Source of the DNA: an uncultured bacterium
Lineage (GTDB): Bacteria > Patescibacteriota > Minisyncoccia > Phycocordibacterales > GWA1-40-21
Assembly (NCBI GenBank): GCA_903832855.1
Contig: CAILDB010000003.1
Location: 15,398-79,397 of the forward strand
Reading direction: 5' to 3'
DNA length: 64,000 nt
Each line of letters opens with the position of its first letter. Position 1 is the first letter of the stretch. Positions 9,047 to 17,904 of the stretch are shown here, piece by piece. The notes under the pieces were generated by a model that was not told the origin of the DNA, did not search any database, and worked only from the letters and a program-made list of their open reading frames with translations. The position numbers and the translations under genes were made by a program.

Positions 9047-10039
9047 TTATTTTAAATATTTTTCAATATTCGCTAAATGCTCGAGATATGTGACGGCATA
9101 ATGCATATTACCATCCTTATCAGCAATGAAATACAAATATTTTGTTTTAGTTGGAGTTACAGCAGAAATAATTGCGTCAAGTCCTGGATTTGATATTGGT
9201 GTTGGTGGAAGCCCAAGATGTGTGTAACTATTGTATGGGGAATCTATTTTTAAATCATCAGGAGTAATATCAAAAGTTCCCTTACCATTTATATATTTAA
9301 ATGACACATCTACCTGAAGTGGCATTTTCAAGGATATTCTCTTCCAAAGAATTCCAGCAATAATTTCTCTCGTCTCGGTCGTCCTCGCCTCCCCTTCCAA
9401 AATTGAGGCCATCTTAATCACATCACTAATTGGTTTTTTAAATGCGATAATTTGAGAATTTACAGTATCAAGTCTTTTCGTAAAAGTATTTTCCATAATA
9501 CTGATAATATCTGCAACACTTTGGTTTGGTAGAAAATTGTATGTATCAGGGAAAAGATAACCTTCCTTTGGAGTAGCGAGTTTCAAAAATGTTTTTTTAT
9601 CAAAACTTGGTATTTTTTTTACAAGAATATCAGCAATTTCTTTTACATCTAGTCCTTCTGGAATCAAGACCTTAATAGTGATGAGATCATACTCTCCATT
9701 TGCTAGTTTAGAAACAATTTGAAAAAGATTTTGACTTTTTTGCAAATAATAATCCCCCGCCATTATTTTTCCACGCATCAAAATATATGAAAAAGATTTA
9801 AACCAAAATTCTGATTTAATAATCCCTTTTCCCTTCAAAATAGTCGCAGTGGAAGAAAGCGTCTCACCTTTTGAAATTGTCAAAACAATATCTACCGGAA
9901 AATCTTTTGGAGCAGAATTAATAGAAAAAATAAAAACAACCAGAATGACAATTACTACTGCAATTTCCCCAAACAAAATAAAATTTTTACCAGTAGGTCC
10001 TGCATCCATATTATATAGGTAAATTTGAAGGTGCTTCAA
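9047..10039 (-). CDS. mltG: Endolytic murein transglycosylase MltG/YceG family
   Basis: 330 aa. N-terminal TM plus YceG-like domain (ASILEGEA...NPGLDAI). Confidence 0.75.
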   Translation of the reverse strand: MKHLQIYLYNMDAGPTGKNFILFGEIAVVIVILVVFIFSINSAPKDFPVDIVLTISKGETLSSTATILKGKGIIKSEFWFKSFSYILMRGKIMAGDYYLQKSQNLFQIVSKLANGEYDLITIKVLIPEGLDVKEIADILVKKIPSFDKKTFLKLATPKEGYLFPDTYNFLPNQSVADIISIMENTFTKRLDTVNSQIIAFKKPISDVIKMASILEGEARTTETREIIAGILWKRISLKMPLQVDVSFKYINGKGTFDITPDDLKIDSPYNSYTHLGLPPTPISNPGLDAIISAVTPTKTKYLYFIADKDGNMHYAVTYLEHLANIEKYLK

Positions 10040-11300
10040 ACTTTCTTGATGGAATTCTGGTCAATGTCGGTGTCTGAGAGACAATCTGACTAGGAAAGTG
10101 AAATAAAGTCGCAAGTTCTTCGGTGTTTAATATGAATGATTTTGATGGACCAAGATTCCTGTATGGTATTTGAAAAAATGAACGCAATTTGTAAGCATTG
10201 AACATATCCATTCTTAATTCCTCAGCATCACCCTGATATATGGATTTGAAAGGCCAAGGAAATATTCTTATTAAATCTTTTTGCCAATCATCAGTATCAG
10301 TTACATTTAATGGAACAAAACCATTAAGATTTGCTGAATTAAATGACTTCAAACACGAAATTGCAGAACTAATATAGTTTGGCTGAAAACTTTCCTTTTT
10401 AGCAAAATAAATAGTCCTAATTTTACAATCAAACGGCATTTTGTTTGCACTTCTCTCCACTGCAGCGATGGTCTCTGTCTGTACTTTTGTTGGACTTGGA
10501 ATTTTAGAAAATTTATCATCCTTTTCTATCTTCATAAAGTCAGGAATTGTCTCCATTTTTAATTTTTTGACAACATCCTTTATATCCTTCTTCCAATCTT
10601 TCTTACCCATCCATCTGCCATTTAAAAATCTTTTTTCTTCCTGATGTTTCTGTATGAGGATTTGTATCCAAGAATTTTCACCCTTTTTCATTGAGGCGAG
10701 AAATTCAAACAAAGAATTCAACGGATCTATTTTGTATTCGTCCTTCTGATCTGCATCAAGTCCATAATCAATGTATGTTTTTATTGGATAAGGGTCCGGT
10801 TTAGCCAGCCCATATTGTATCCCAAAATATGAGTATGTATCCGTATTATATTCAAACTTTTCTGTATAGTCTGCGACATCATTTATTTCTATGTTTGGAT
10901 ATTGAGCGTATAATTGTGCTTCAACCAAATTTTTGTATTTCTCCCAGGTCCAAATATAAATATGTATTTCTCCCTGATTTGACACAAACTCAAAAGAAAA
11001 CCATGGCTTAACTTTACCATCAAGAAACGCCTCAGTATAGGCCTTTGGTCCGTTCTGTGCGAGAAAGGAAAAAAATGTTTCCATTGAGACAGGTGACTTA
11101 AATATTTCCTTTGGGAGTTTTATTTCAAGTAAAACTTTTTTCATCTTATTCATAAATTTGAGCTGTGCATGTCGTAACCTCAGCATCAAGTAAACAAGAA
11201 TAAACATAATAGGCAGAGCAACAGGAAGAATAATTATTAAATAGTGAAAGACCACTGGAAACAGTCCTGTAGAAATTGATGATAAAAATTGGTTAAACAT
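10011..11300 (-). CDS. Hypothetical membrane-anchored protein
   Basis: 429 aa. N-terminal TM, no recognisable motif. AT-rich like the native genes. Confidence 0.5.
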   Translation of the reverse strand: MFNQFLSSISTGLFPVVFHYLIIILPVALPIMFILVYLMLRLRHAQLKFMNKMKKVLLEIKLPKEIFKSPVSMETFFSFLAQNGPKAYTEAFLDGKVKPWFSFEFVSNQGEIHIYIWTWEKYKNLVEAQLYAQYPNIEINDVADYTEKFEYNTDTYSYFGIQYGLAKPDPYPIKTYIDYGLDADQKDEYKIDPLNSLFEFLASMKKGENSWIQILIQKHQEEKRFLNGRWMGKKDWKKDIKDVVKKLKMETIPDFMKIEKDDKFSKIPSPTKVQTETIAAVERSANKMPFDCKIRTIYFAKKESFQPNYISSAISCLKSFNSANLNGFVPLNVTDTDDWQKDLIRIFPWPFKSIYQGDAEELRMDMFNAYKLRSFFQIPYRNLGPSKSFILNTEELATLFHFPSQIVSQTPTLTRIPSRKFEAPSNLPI

Positions 11301-11342
11301 TACTACTATTATAATTCATAATAAAAGAAAAGGCAAAATCAA

Positions 11343-11377
11343 AAAGCCCGCGAATGAGAATTCGCGGGCTTTTTGAT
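11343..11377. terminator. Bidirectional intrinsic terminator hairpin
   Basis: AAAAAGCCCGCGAATgagaATTCGCGGGCTTTTT. Confidence 0.55.
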
Positions 11378-11384
11378 TTCTGTC

Positions 11385-12422
11385 TTATTTTATAATTTCG
11401 TATTTCCCGTCCTTATTTTTTCTGAAAAACTTTTTGTTTTGTAGGTTTATGATAATCGTATTTTCTTTCACATATCTCTCCTTCAAAACCTTTGTAATTA
11501 CATCCTCTTTTGTCATTGGACCATTCTTTTCTATCAAACCCCTGATGACATCTTTGACCACTCCAGAAGCATAACCCCACTCTTTAAGAGCGTAAAGTCC
11601 TCTTCCGACAAGCACAAATCTAGGATCTTTAATGAGCTCGTTGTGTGTGGTAGCAATGTGCGCTTTTTTATTAAATGTCGCTGTGATTGCTTTTGCAACT
11701 TCTTTGAAGTGAATTGGTGAACCGTGTCTTCTGATGACAAGAAAGGCATAATCCCTCATACCTTTTGTACTGATGTTTGGCGATTCTGTTCTTCCCCATT
11801 CACCGAGAGCATTTTTACCAATTTTTTTGGAAAGAGTAAGCCATCTTTTTGCAATCTCCTGATTTTTGTATTGTTCAGAAACACCTTCAAGATATGTCAA
11901 AAAGTTTTTGATAATATCTTCTTCAGAAAGTAGGTCTTCATATTTCAAACTTTCATAAAGTTTCCTCAAAGCACCGTGGACCTTGTCTGCAAGATCAGCC
12001 TCAATAAACCATCTGTGTTTAAAATCCTCGTCTTCTTTAAATTTATTAAATGGATGTCCGATAACAAGAATAAAGTTCATACAACTCTGTATAGAAGGTT
12101 CAGTAGAAATTGTATCCAATAATTCCTTTTCTGTAACTATTCCACCGAGTTTGTGAATTAATTTTTCTGTCTCTTCAAAAGCCGGCTTTTCTGCACCATA
12201 TTGTTCTGATTTTCTGATAATATCAATAGCGTGATTTTCTATTTGTCTGACTCTTTCTCTGGTAATCCCATATGTTTTACCAATTGCATCAAGAGTCATC
12301 GGCTCAGGATCTTTTCCGAGGCCATATCTTTTTGTAATAATGTCTATAGATCTATCAGATAGAGCTGACAATAATCTCTTCACAACTTGCTTTGGCTTAA
12401 AACTAATTGATGATGTTGACAT
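11385..12422 (-). CDS. Sigma-70 region-4-like HTH domain protein with a long unknown C-terminal domain
   Basis: The N-terminus LDAIGKTYGITRERVRQIENHAIDIIRK matches the sigma-70 region 4 HTH. There is no region 2, and the 250-aa C-terminal part is unassigned. Confidence 0.5.
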   Translation of the reverse strand: MSTSSISFKPKQVVKRLLSALSDRSIDIITKRYGLGKDPEPMTLDAIGKTYGITRERVRQIENHAIDIIRKSEQYGAEKPAFEETEKLIHKLGGIVTEKELLDTISTEPSIQSCMNFILVIGHPFNKFKEDEDFKHRWFIEADLADKVHGALRKLYESLKYEDLLSEEDIIKNFLTYLEGVSEQYKNQEIAKRWLTLSKKIGKNALGEWGRTESPNISTKGMRDYAFLVIRRHGSPIHFKEVAKAITATFNKKAHIATTHNELIKDPRFVLVGRGLYALKEWGYASGVVKDVIRGLIEKNGPMTKEDVITKVLKERYVKENTIIINLQNKKFFRKNKDGKYEIIK

Positions 12423-12508
12423 AAAAAAAATTATTATTAATAAAATACAACCAATGTCTTAAATGCAAGGATACCATTTATCAAAAATAAAGTCAACTGC
12501 TTTACAAT

Positions 12509-14920
12509 TTAGATTATAAAGTTGATAATTTTGTTCTTGACAAAGATCGTTTTTTTAATAGGGGTTTCAAGAGTCCACTTGAAAATATCCTTATTTGATA
12601 AGGCTATTTTGGTGATTTCATCTTCATTTAGGTCGCTATTGACATCTATCACTCCACGCACTTTTCCATTTATCTGAATCGGCATTTTAATTTTTCCGGA
12701 AACAATTTTTGAACTTTCCCATTTTGGCCAGTCCGCCAAAGTAATTGATTTTTTGTTACCAAATTTTGCCCAGATTTCTTCACAAATGTGCGGAGTAAAA
12801 GGTGACAATATTTTTATAAAATCTAAATATGTTTCTCTACTTATTTTTTCTTGATTTTCTAAACCATTTGCAAATATCATCATTCCAGATATAGCAGTAT
12901 TGAAGTTCATACTTTCAATATCCTCACCAACTTTTTTAATTGTTTTGTTAATCAGAGTTATTATTTCTTCACTATCAGAAAAATTGTCCGTTACACGATC
13001 CTGTAATTTCCAAACCTTTTCCAAAAATCTTTTTGAACCAACGATATTATCTGAACTCCATGTAATAGACTGGTCAAATGGCCCCATAAACATTTCATAG
13101 GTTCTTAATGAATCTGCTCCAAGATTTTTTACAATTTCATCTGGGTTTATGACATTTCCTCTGGACTTTGACATTTTTTCTCCGTCTTCACCTAAAACAA
13201 ATCCCTGTGAAGTTCTCTTTTGATAAGGTTCGTTTGTCGGTACTAATTTTAGATCAAAAAGAAACTTATGCCAAAATCTGGAATACAAAAGGTGAAGAGT
13301 CGTGTGTTCCATTCCACCGTTGTACCAATCGACAGGTGTCCAGTATTTTAATTTCTCTATATTTGCAAATTCCTTTTTATTTTTTGGATCTGCATATCGA
13401 AGATAATACCAAGAAGAACCCGCCCAGTTTGGCATTGTATCAGTTTCTCTCTTTGCTTTTCCACCACACTTTGGACATTTTGTATTTACCCATTTTGAAA
13501 TTAATGCTAAAGGAGATTCGCCTGTATCGGTTGGTTGGTATTTTTTTACAAGCGGTAGTTTTAAAGGCAAGTCCTTTTCTTTGAGTGCAACTATTCCACA
13601 CTTCTCACAATGAACGACAGGAATCGGTTCGCCCCAATAATGTTGTCTGGAAAAAATCCAATCACGAAGCTTATAGGTTGTTGTCATTTTTCCACCTGCA
13701 AACTTTGTAATTTCAGACATTATTTCTTCGTTGTTTCGGCCGTTGAATTTTCCAGAATTGATCATTACACCACTTTCAATGTATGCTTGCTCTGCCGACT
13801 TGGAGGCTTCGCCTCCAAGTGAGATAACCTCCTTAATTGGCAAATTGTATTTTTTTGCAAAAGCAAAATCGCGGTCGTCGTGAGCTGGAACAGCCATCAC
13901 GGCACCAGTTCCATATCCGCCTAGGACATAGTCGGCAACAAAAACGGGAAACTCCTCGCCGTTCACAGGATTTATAATTTTGATTCCTTTCAGTTCAATT
14001 CCCGTCTTGTCCTTTCCATCTGCCGTCCTTTCCATCTCAGGTCTACCTTTTACTTCTTTTATATACTTATCTACTTCTTGCCAATTTTTAACCTGTGAAC
14101 TTAATTGTTGAACGAGCTCGTTCTCTGGTGCAAGTACAACATATGTAACACCAAACAAAGTATCTGGTCTTGTTGTAAATACCTTTATTTTTTTATCGCT
14201 ATTTTTTATTTTAAATTCTATTTCTGCACCTTCACTTTTTCCTATCCAATTTCTTTGCTGAATTTTAATTTTTTCCAAATAATTTACATCATCAAGGTCC
14301 TTTTCCAATCTATCTGCGTATTTGGTAATCGCAAGCATCCATTGTTCTTTCTCCTTCTTTTCAACGACTGTGCCACATCTCTCACAACAACCATTGATTA
14401 CCTCTTCATTAGCCAAACCAGTTTTGTCTTTCGGGCACCAGTTTATTAGCATCTTTTTTTTGTATGCCAATCCGTTTTCATATAGCTTCAAAAATATCCA
14501 CTGTGTCCATTTGTAATAATTTGGATCACTGGTATTTATTTCGCGTAACCAATCAAAAGAAAAACCAATTGATTTGAGTTGTCTTCTAAAAGTATTCGTA
14601 TTATTTTTTGTAACTACAGTAGGATGTATCCCGGTCTTAATAGCATAGTTTTCTGTCGGCAATCCAAATGCGTCCCATCCAATCGGATACAAAACATTGT
14701 ATCCCTCCATTCTTTTTTTCCTGCAAATCACATCCATTGCGGTGTCGGTTCGAACATGCCCCATATGAATACCATCACCAGATGGATAAGGAAATTCTAT
14801 AAGACCATAGAACTTTTTCTTTTTTGAATCTTCTTTTACAGAAAAGGTTTTTTCTTTATCCCAAATTTTCTGCCACTTCTTCTCAATTTTCTTGTGATCG
14901 TAATTTTGCGTCTTTTTCAT
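12509..14920 (-). CDS. leuS: Leucyl-tRNA synthetase
   Basis: 803 aa. HMGH and KMSKS motifs, with the CP1 editing domain. Confidence 0.95.
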   Translation of the reverse strand: MKKTQNYDHKKIEKKWQKIWDKEKTFSVKEDSKKKKFYGLIEFPYPSGDGIHMGHVRTDTAMDVICRKKRMEGYNVLYPIGWDAFGLPTENYAIKTGIHPTVVTKNNTNTFRRQLKSIGFSFDWLREINTSDPNYYKWTQWIFLKLYENGLAYKKKMLINWCPKDKTGLANEEVINGCCERCGTVVEKKEKEQWMLAITKYADRLEKDLDDVNYLEKIKIQQRNWIGKSEGAEIEFKIKNSDKKIKVFTTRPDTLFGVTYVVLAPENELVQQLSSQVKNWQEVDKYIKEVKGRPEMERTADGKDKTGIELKGIKIINPVNGEEFPVFVADYVLGGYGTGAVMAVPAHDDRDFAFAKKYNLPIKEVISLGGEASKSAEQAYIESGVMINSGKFNGRNNEEIMSEITKFAGGKMTTTYKLRDWIFSRQHYWGEPIPVVHCEKCGIVALKEKDLPLKLPLVKKYQPTDTGESPLALISKWVNTKCPKCGGKAKRETDTMPNWAGSSWYYLRYADPKNKKEFANIEKLKYWTPVDWYNGGMEHTTLHLLYSRFWHKFLFDLKLVPTNEPYQKRTSQGFVLGEDGEKMSKSRGNVINPDEIVKNLGADSLRTYEMFMGPFDQSITWSSDNIVGSKRFLEKVWKLQDRVTDNFSDSEEIITLINKTIKKVGEDIESMNFNTAISGMMIFANGLENQEKISRETYLDFIKILSPFTPHICEEIWAKFGNKKSITLADWPKWESSKIVSGKIKMPIQINGKVRGVIDVNSDLNEDEITKIALSNKDIFKWTLETPIKKTIFVKNKIINFII

Positions 14921-14957
14921 ATTTTCTTATAATACAACAAAATAAGAAAAGAAAAAA

Positions 14958-14996
14958 GCCCCAATTTTTTTAACCGTTAAAAAATTGGGGCTTTTC
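14958..14996. terminator. Bidirectional intrinsic terminator hairpin
   Basis: AAGCCCCAATTTTTTaaccgttAAAAAATTGGGGCTTTT. Confidence 0.55.
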
Positions 14997-16055
14997 CTAT
15001 TCTTCCATCTCCGGCTTCACCACTTCCAATAATTCCAGTCCAGATTCCTTGCCGGTAATTCTCACAACATCCTTATCTATTTTTTTGAATTCTTTGTTTG
15101 AAGCATTGAAATGATTCACTGTTGTTGCGAGAGAGCTTCCGAGCTTTCCCTGGTATTCTTCATAGCTTCGCAAATGCTTTTGCAAACTTTCCACATTTTT
15201 CCTGATTTCAAGCGCCGATTCTTCTATCTGAAGTGCTTTGAGCCCCTGCAAAACTGTCTGCAAGTATGCAAGGAAAGATGTAGGCGAGACAATGATGACA
15301 TGCTTTTCTTTGAATGCGTACTCTATCAAATCACGAGTATTTATTTTCATTGCACCAACTTGGGAAATGAGAAGATCGTAATAAATCGCTTCGTGCGGAA
15401 TAAACATAAATGCAAAATCCATAGTTCCCTCTTTTGGCTTCACATATTTTGCCGTTTCGTCTATTCTTCTTTTTAAATCATCTCTAAATAATTTCTCCAA
15501 CTTTTCTCTTTCGGCTGGATTTTTTTCTTCAACAAGACGATTGTAATTTTCCAGAGAAAACTTTGAGTCAATGGGAATTATTTTTTCTTTTACAAATACC
15601 ACCGCGTCCACTATCGTGCCATCTGTGAAAGCGTATTGCATTTGATAACTTCCGGTAGGCAAAACATTTTTCAAAAGTGTCTCAAGAAAATATTCGCCAA
15701 GAATTCCCCTTTGTTTTGGATTTTTCAAAACATCTTGAAGTGATTGAAGTTGGTCGGCAAAAGAAACAACCTGCTTGTTAGTCTCATCAAGTCTCGTGAG
15801 CTTTTCTGTAATATCTCGAATTATTTTAAATGACTCACTGGATTGATGTTTGAGTGATTCATTCATTTCTTTTGAGGTATCACCCATTTTCTTATCCACA
15901 GTTCTAGTGAGTTCGTTCATTTGCTCTAAAAGAAGTTTGAGTCCAATCCCTTCGCCGTCAGATGAGCCGGCTTTCCTTTTCAAAAGCATATAAATAACAC
16001 CGAAAAGTAAGATAGCAATAATTGCGAGAAAAATGTAAATCACAACTTGGTTCAT
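14997..16055 (-). CDS. rmuC: DNA recombination protein RmuC-like (ORF extends to 16172; likely start MNQVVIY at 16055)
   Basis: N-terminal TM and coiled coil, with a conserved RmuC-type C-terminal region. Confidence 0.6.
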   Translation of the reverse strand: MNQVVIYIFLAIIAILLFGVIYMLLKRKAGSSDGEGIGLKLLLEQMNELTRTVDKKMGDTSKEMNESLKHQSSESFKIIRDITEKLTRLDETNKQVVSFADQLQSLQDVLKNPKQRGILGEYFLETLLKNVLPTGSYQMQYAFTDGTIVDAVVFVKEKIIPIDSKFSLENYNRLVEEKNPAEREKLEKLFRDDLKRRIDETAKYVKPKEGTMDFAFMFIPHEAIYYDLLISQVGAMKINTRDLIEYAFKEKHVIIVSPTSFLAYLQTVLQGLKALQIEESALEIRKNVESLQKHLRSYEEYQGKLGSSLATTVNHFNASNKEFKKIDKDVVRITGKESGLELLEVVKPEMEE

Positions 16056-16115
16056 AAAAGTATTATAGCACCATGGCAAGACAAAACAAAACGAATATGA
16101 TAATATGTTGTCATT

Positions 16116-16565
16116 ATGATACACACAGAAATAAAACAAAAAGTGAAGGAAGCAATGCTCGCCAAAGATCAAGTCAGACTTTTGGTTTTGAGAAATATGC
16201 TTTCAGCGTTTACAAATGAGCTTGTTGCAAAGAAGAGAAAGCCAGATGAAATGCTAAGTGATGAAGATGCAATAGCAGTAATTAGCAGACTTACAAAGCA
16301 GAGAAAAGATTCCATTGATCAATTTACAAAAGGTGGAAGAATGGATCTTGTTGAAAATGAACAAGCTGAATTAAAAATTCTTGGAACATTCCTACCGCAA
16401 ATGATGAGCAAAGATGAAATCAAAATTGTCGCAGAAAAGAAAAAAGCCGAGCTTGGAATTACAGATAAAACAAAATCGGGAATGCTAATGGCGGGAATTA
16501 TGAAAGAACTCAAGGGAAAGGCGGACGGAAGTGATGTGAAAGAAGTTGTGGAGGGGTTGTTTTAA
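16116..16565 (+). CDS. GatB/YqeY domain protein
   Basis: 149 aa. Typical YqeY helical domain. Confidence 0.7.
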   Translation: MIHTEIKQKVKEAMLAKDQVRLLVLRNMLSAFTNELVAKKRKPDEMLSDEDAIAVISRLTKQRKDSIDQFTKGGRMDLVENEQAELKILGTFLPQMMSKDEIKIVAEKKKAELGITDKTKSGMLMAGIMKELKGKADGSDVKEVVEGLF

Positions 16566-16590
16566 AGAAAGTCAAAAAAGATAGGATCAT

Positions 16591-16628
16591 GGCCCCCGAA
16601 TGCAGCATTCGGGGGCCATTTTCTTTCC
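16591..16628 (+). terminator. Rho-independent terminator
   Basis: GGCCCCCGAatgcagcaTTCGGGGGCC followed by ATTTTCTTT. Confidence 0.6.
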
Positions 16629-16641
16629 CCCAATTTCGTGC

Positions 16642-16671
16642 TTGACAAGGCAATGCCATCTGCGGTATAAT
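16642..16671 (+). promoter_or_regulatory. Canonical sigma-70-type promoter (TTGACA-18-TATAAT)
   Basis: TTGACA at 16642-16647 and TATAAT at 16666-16671. A CAGGAGG SD lies about 10 nt before the ATG at 16719. Confidence 0.5.
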
Positions 16672-16718
16672 GCTGTCTGGGTTGTTCAACATAAACAGTT
16701 AAGTCAGGAGGTATCTAA

Positions 16719-16958
16719 ATGAGGAGAGTGTCAGACGAAACCTTGACCGCAGAAGTGAAAACTCTGTTCAAGGAAGGCAGGTCGGTGAATTGGGCGACGA
16801 AGGTGGCCTTTCATCGGCACGGGATATTCGACCGTCCGAGATTTGGAAGAATTTGTCAGGCGGTCGAAAAAGCGTTGGGGATAAGTCCCCCAGCATCACT
16901 GAAAGTCGAGCAGACCGCGCATGCCCCGTATTATTACGAAACTGGGCAATACGCCTGA
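16719..16958 (+). CDS. Hypothetical 79-aa protein (GC-rich stand-alone cassette)
   Basis: MRRVSDETLTAEVKTLFKEGRSVNWATKVAFHRHGIFDRPRFGRICQAVEKALGISPPASLKVEQTAHAPYYYETGQYA. Own promoter, SD and terminator. Markedly higher G+C than its neighbours. Confidence 0.5.
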   Translation: MRRVSDETLTAEVKTLFKEGRSVNWATKVAFHRHGIFDRPRFGRICQAVEKALGISPPASLKVEQTAHAPYYYETGQYA

Positions 16959-16978
16959 GAAGTTGACCTTCTCTAACG

Positions 16979-17008
16979 CCGAGTGCACCCGCGCTCGGCT
17001 TTTTTATT
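16979..17008 (+). terminator. Rho-independent terminator
   Basis: GCCGAGTGCAcccGCGCTCGGC followed by TTTTTTATT. Confidence 0.6.
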
Positions 17009-17123
17009 GCCGAAAATGATAAAAAATGTTATATTCTTTTAGCGAATGAGATGTTATGGCTAAAACAATTTTTATCTGATAAAAATTGTTCGCCCGAACA
17101 TTTTTGAAGCAAAAATGTTTTAG

Positions 17124-17195
17124 GGCTCTATCGTCTAACGGTTAGGACATAGCCTTCTCAAGGCTAGAATCGCGGTTCGATTCCGCGTAGAGTCA
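17124..17195 (+). tRNA. tRNA-Glu (anticodon CUC)
   Basis: Manual cloverleaf. Acceptor GGCTCTA/TAGAGTC, D-arm GTCT-AACGGTTA-GGAC, anticodon arm TAGCC-TTCTCAA-GGCTA (CTC), T-arm CGCGG-TTCGATT-CCGCG. No CCA encoded. Confidence 0.8.
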
Positions 17196-17363
17196 CAAAA
17201 ATTTGCGGAGCATAATTTTTGTGATTTTTAAACGCAAAAGTTTTTGCGTTTAAAAAGAATCGAAAGACGGAGGCCGACGGGCCGAGTCGGGGTCGCAAGA
17301 TTTTTCAGCAGAAAAATACTTGTGACCGAAAGCGTACTCGCGTTTCCGCGTAGAGTCACAAAT
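17181..17363. repeat. Direct duplication of the tRNA-Glu 3' end (TCCGCGTAGAGTCACAAA at 17181-17198 and 17345-17362) bracketing a ~150-bp GC-rich structured element (module B)
   Basis: The second copy lies 164 nt downstream of the first. The intervening GACGGAGGCCGACGGGCCGAGTCGGGGTCGCAAGATTTTTCAGCAGAAAAATACTTGTGACCGAAAG is homologous to 51130-51205 and 19290-19345. Confidence 0.5.
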
Positions 17364-17467
17364 TTAGTAACTCGTGACTACATAAATAGTTTCCATAATT
17401 TCTATTGCATTTTTTATATAAAAGAATAGTATTGAATTTAGAAGATCTTAAACACAGGAAGGATAAT

Positions 17468-17617
17468 ATGAAAAAGGTGAAGATTGTTTATCGTCTGAAG
17501 AGGTGGATAAGTGAGCCGTCAATTACTTCTTTTGGCTCAAACCAGTATTATCCAAGATGGGAGTCCGTCTTGAAAGATTTAGGATGCCTATTCACACTGG
17601 GTTTATACAAACCGTAA
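17468..17617 (+). CDS. Hypothetical 49-aa basic protein (first gene of a GC-rich two-gene cassette)
   Basis: AGGAAGG SD before the ATG at 17468. Protein is MKKVKIVYRLKRWISEPSITSFGSNQYYPRWESVLKDLGCLFTLGLYKP. The ORF-track version starts further upstream at 17405. Confidence 0.4.
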   Translation: MKKVKIVYRLKRWISEPSITSFGSNQYYPRWESVLKDLGCLFTLGLYKP

Positions 17618-17664
17618 CCGCTCTCACAGAGCGAAGAAACCCGACAAGAAAGGAAACCGTAATG

Positions 17665-17817
17665 ACAAAGCGTGATTACGCACGAAAGGCCGAACTTCTT
17701 GCCGAACTTGCTAGTCTTGAGATTAGGGATAGCGACGAGGGTAACTTCAACATAGCTGATGAGTATCTTGACAGAGCTAAGTCAGCTATCAAAAAAATGC
17801 GGGAAACGCACGAGTGA
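17665..17817 (+). CDS. Hypothetical 50-aa acidic helical protein (second gene of the cassette)
   Basis: AAAGGAAACCGTA-ATG. Protein is MTKRDYARKAELLAELASLEIRDSDEGNFNIADEYLDRAKSAIKKMRETHE, followed by a terminator. Confidence 0.4.
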   Translation, partial: TKRDYARKAELLAELASLEIRDSDEGNFNIADEYLDRAKSAIKKMRETHE

Positions 17818-17833
17818 GTATGAAAGTGAGTGC

Positions 17834-17865
17834 GAGCACATCAGCAATGGTGTGCTCTTTTTTTA
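17834..17865 (+). terminator. Rho-independent terminator
   Basis: GAGCACAtcagcaatggTGTGCTC followed by TTTTTTT. Confidence 0.6.
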
Positions 17866-17904
17866 TCTACTCTTTCCGCAAAAATTTTTGCCAGAACAAA
17901 AACT

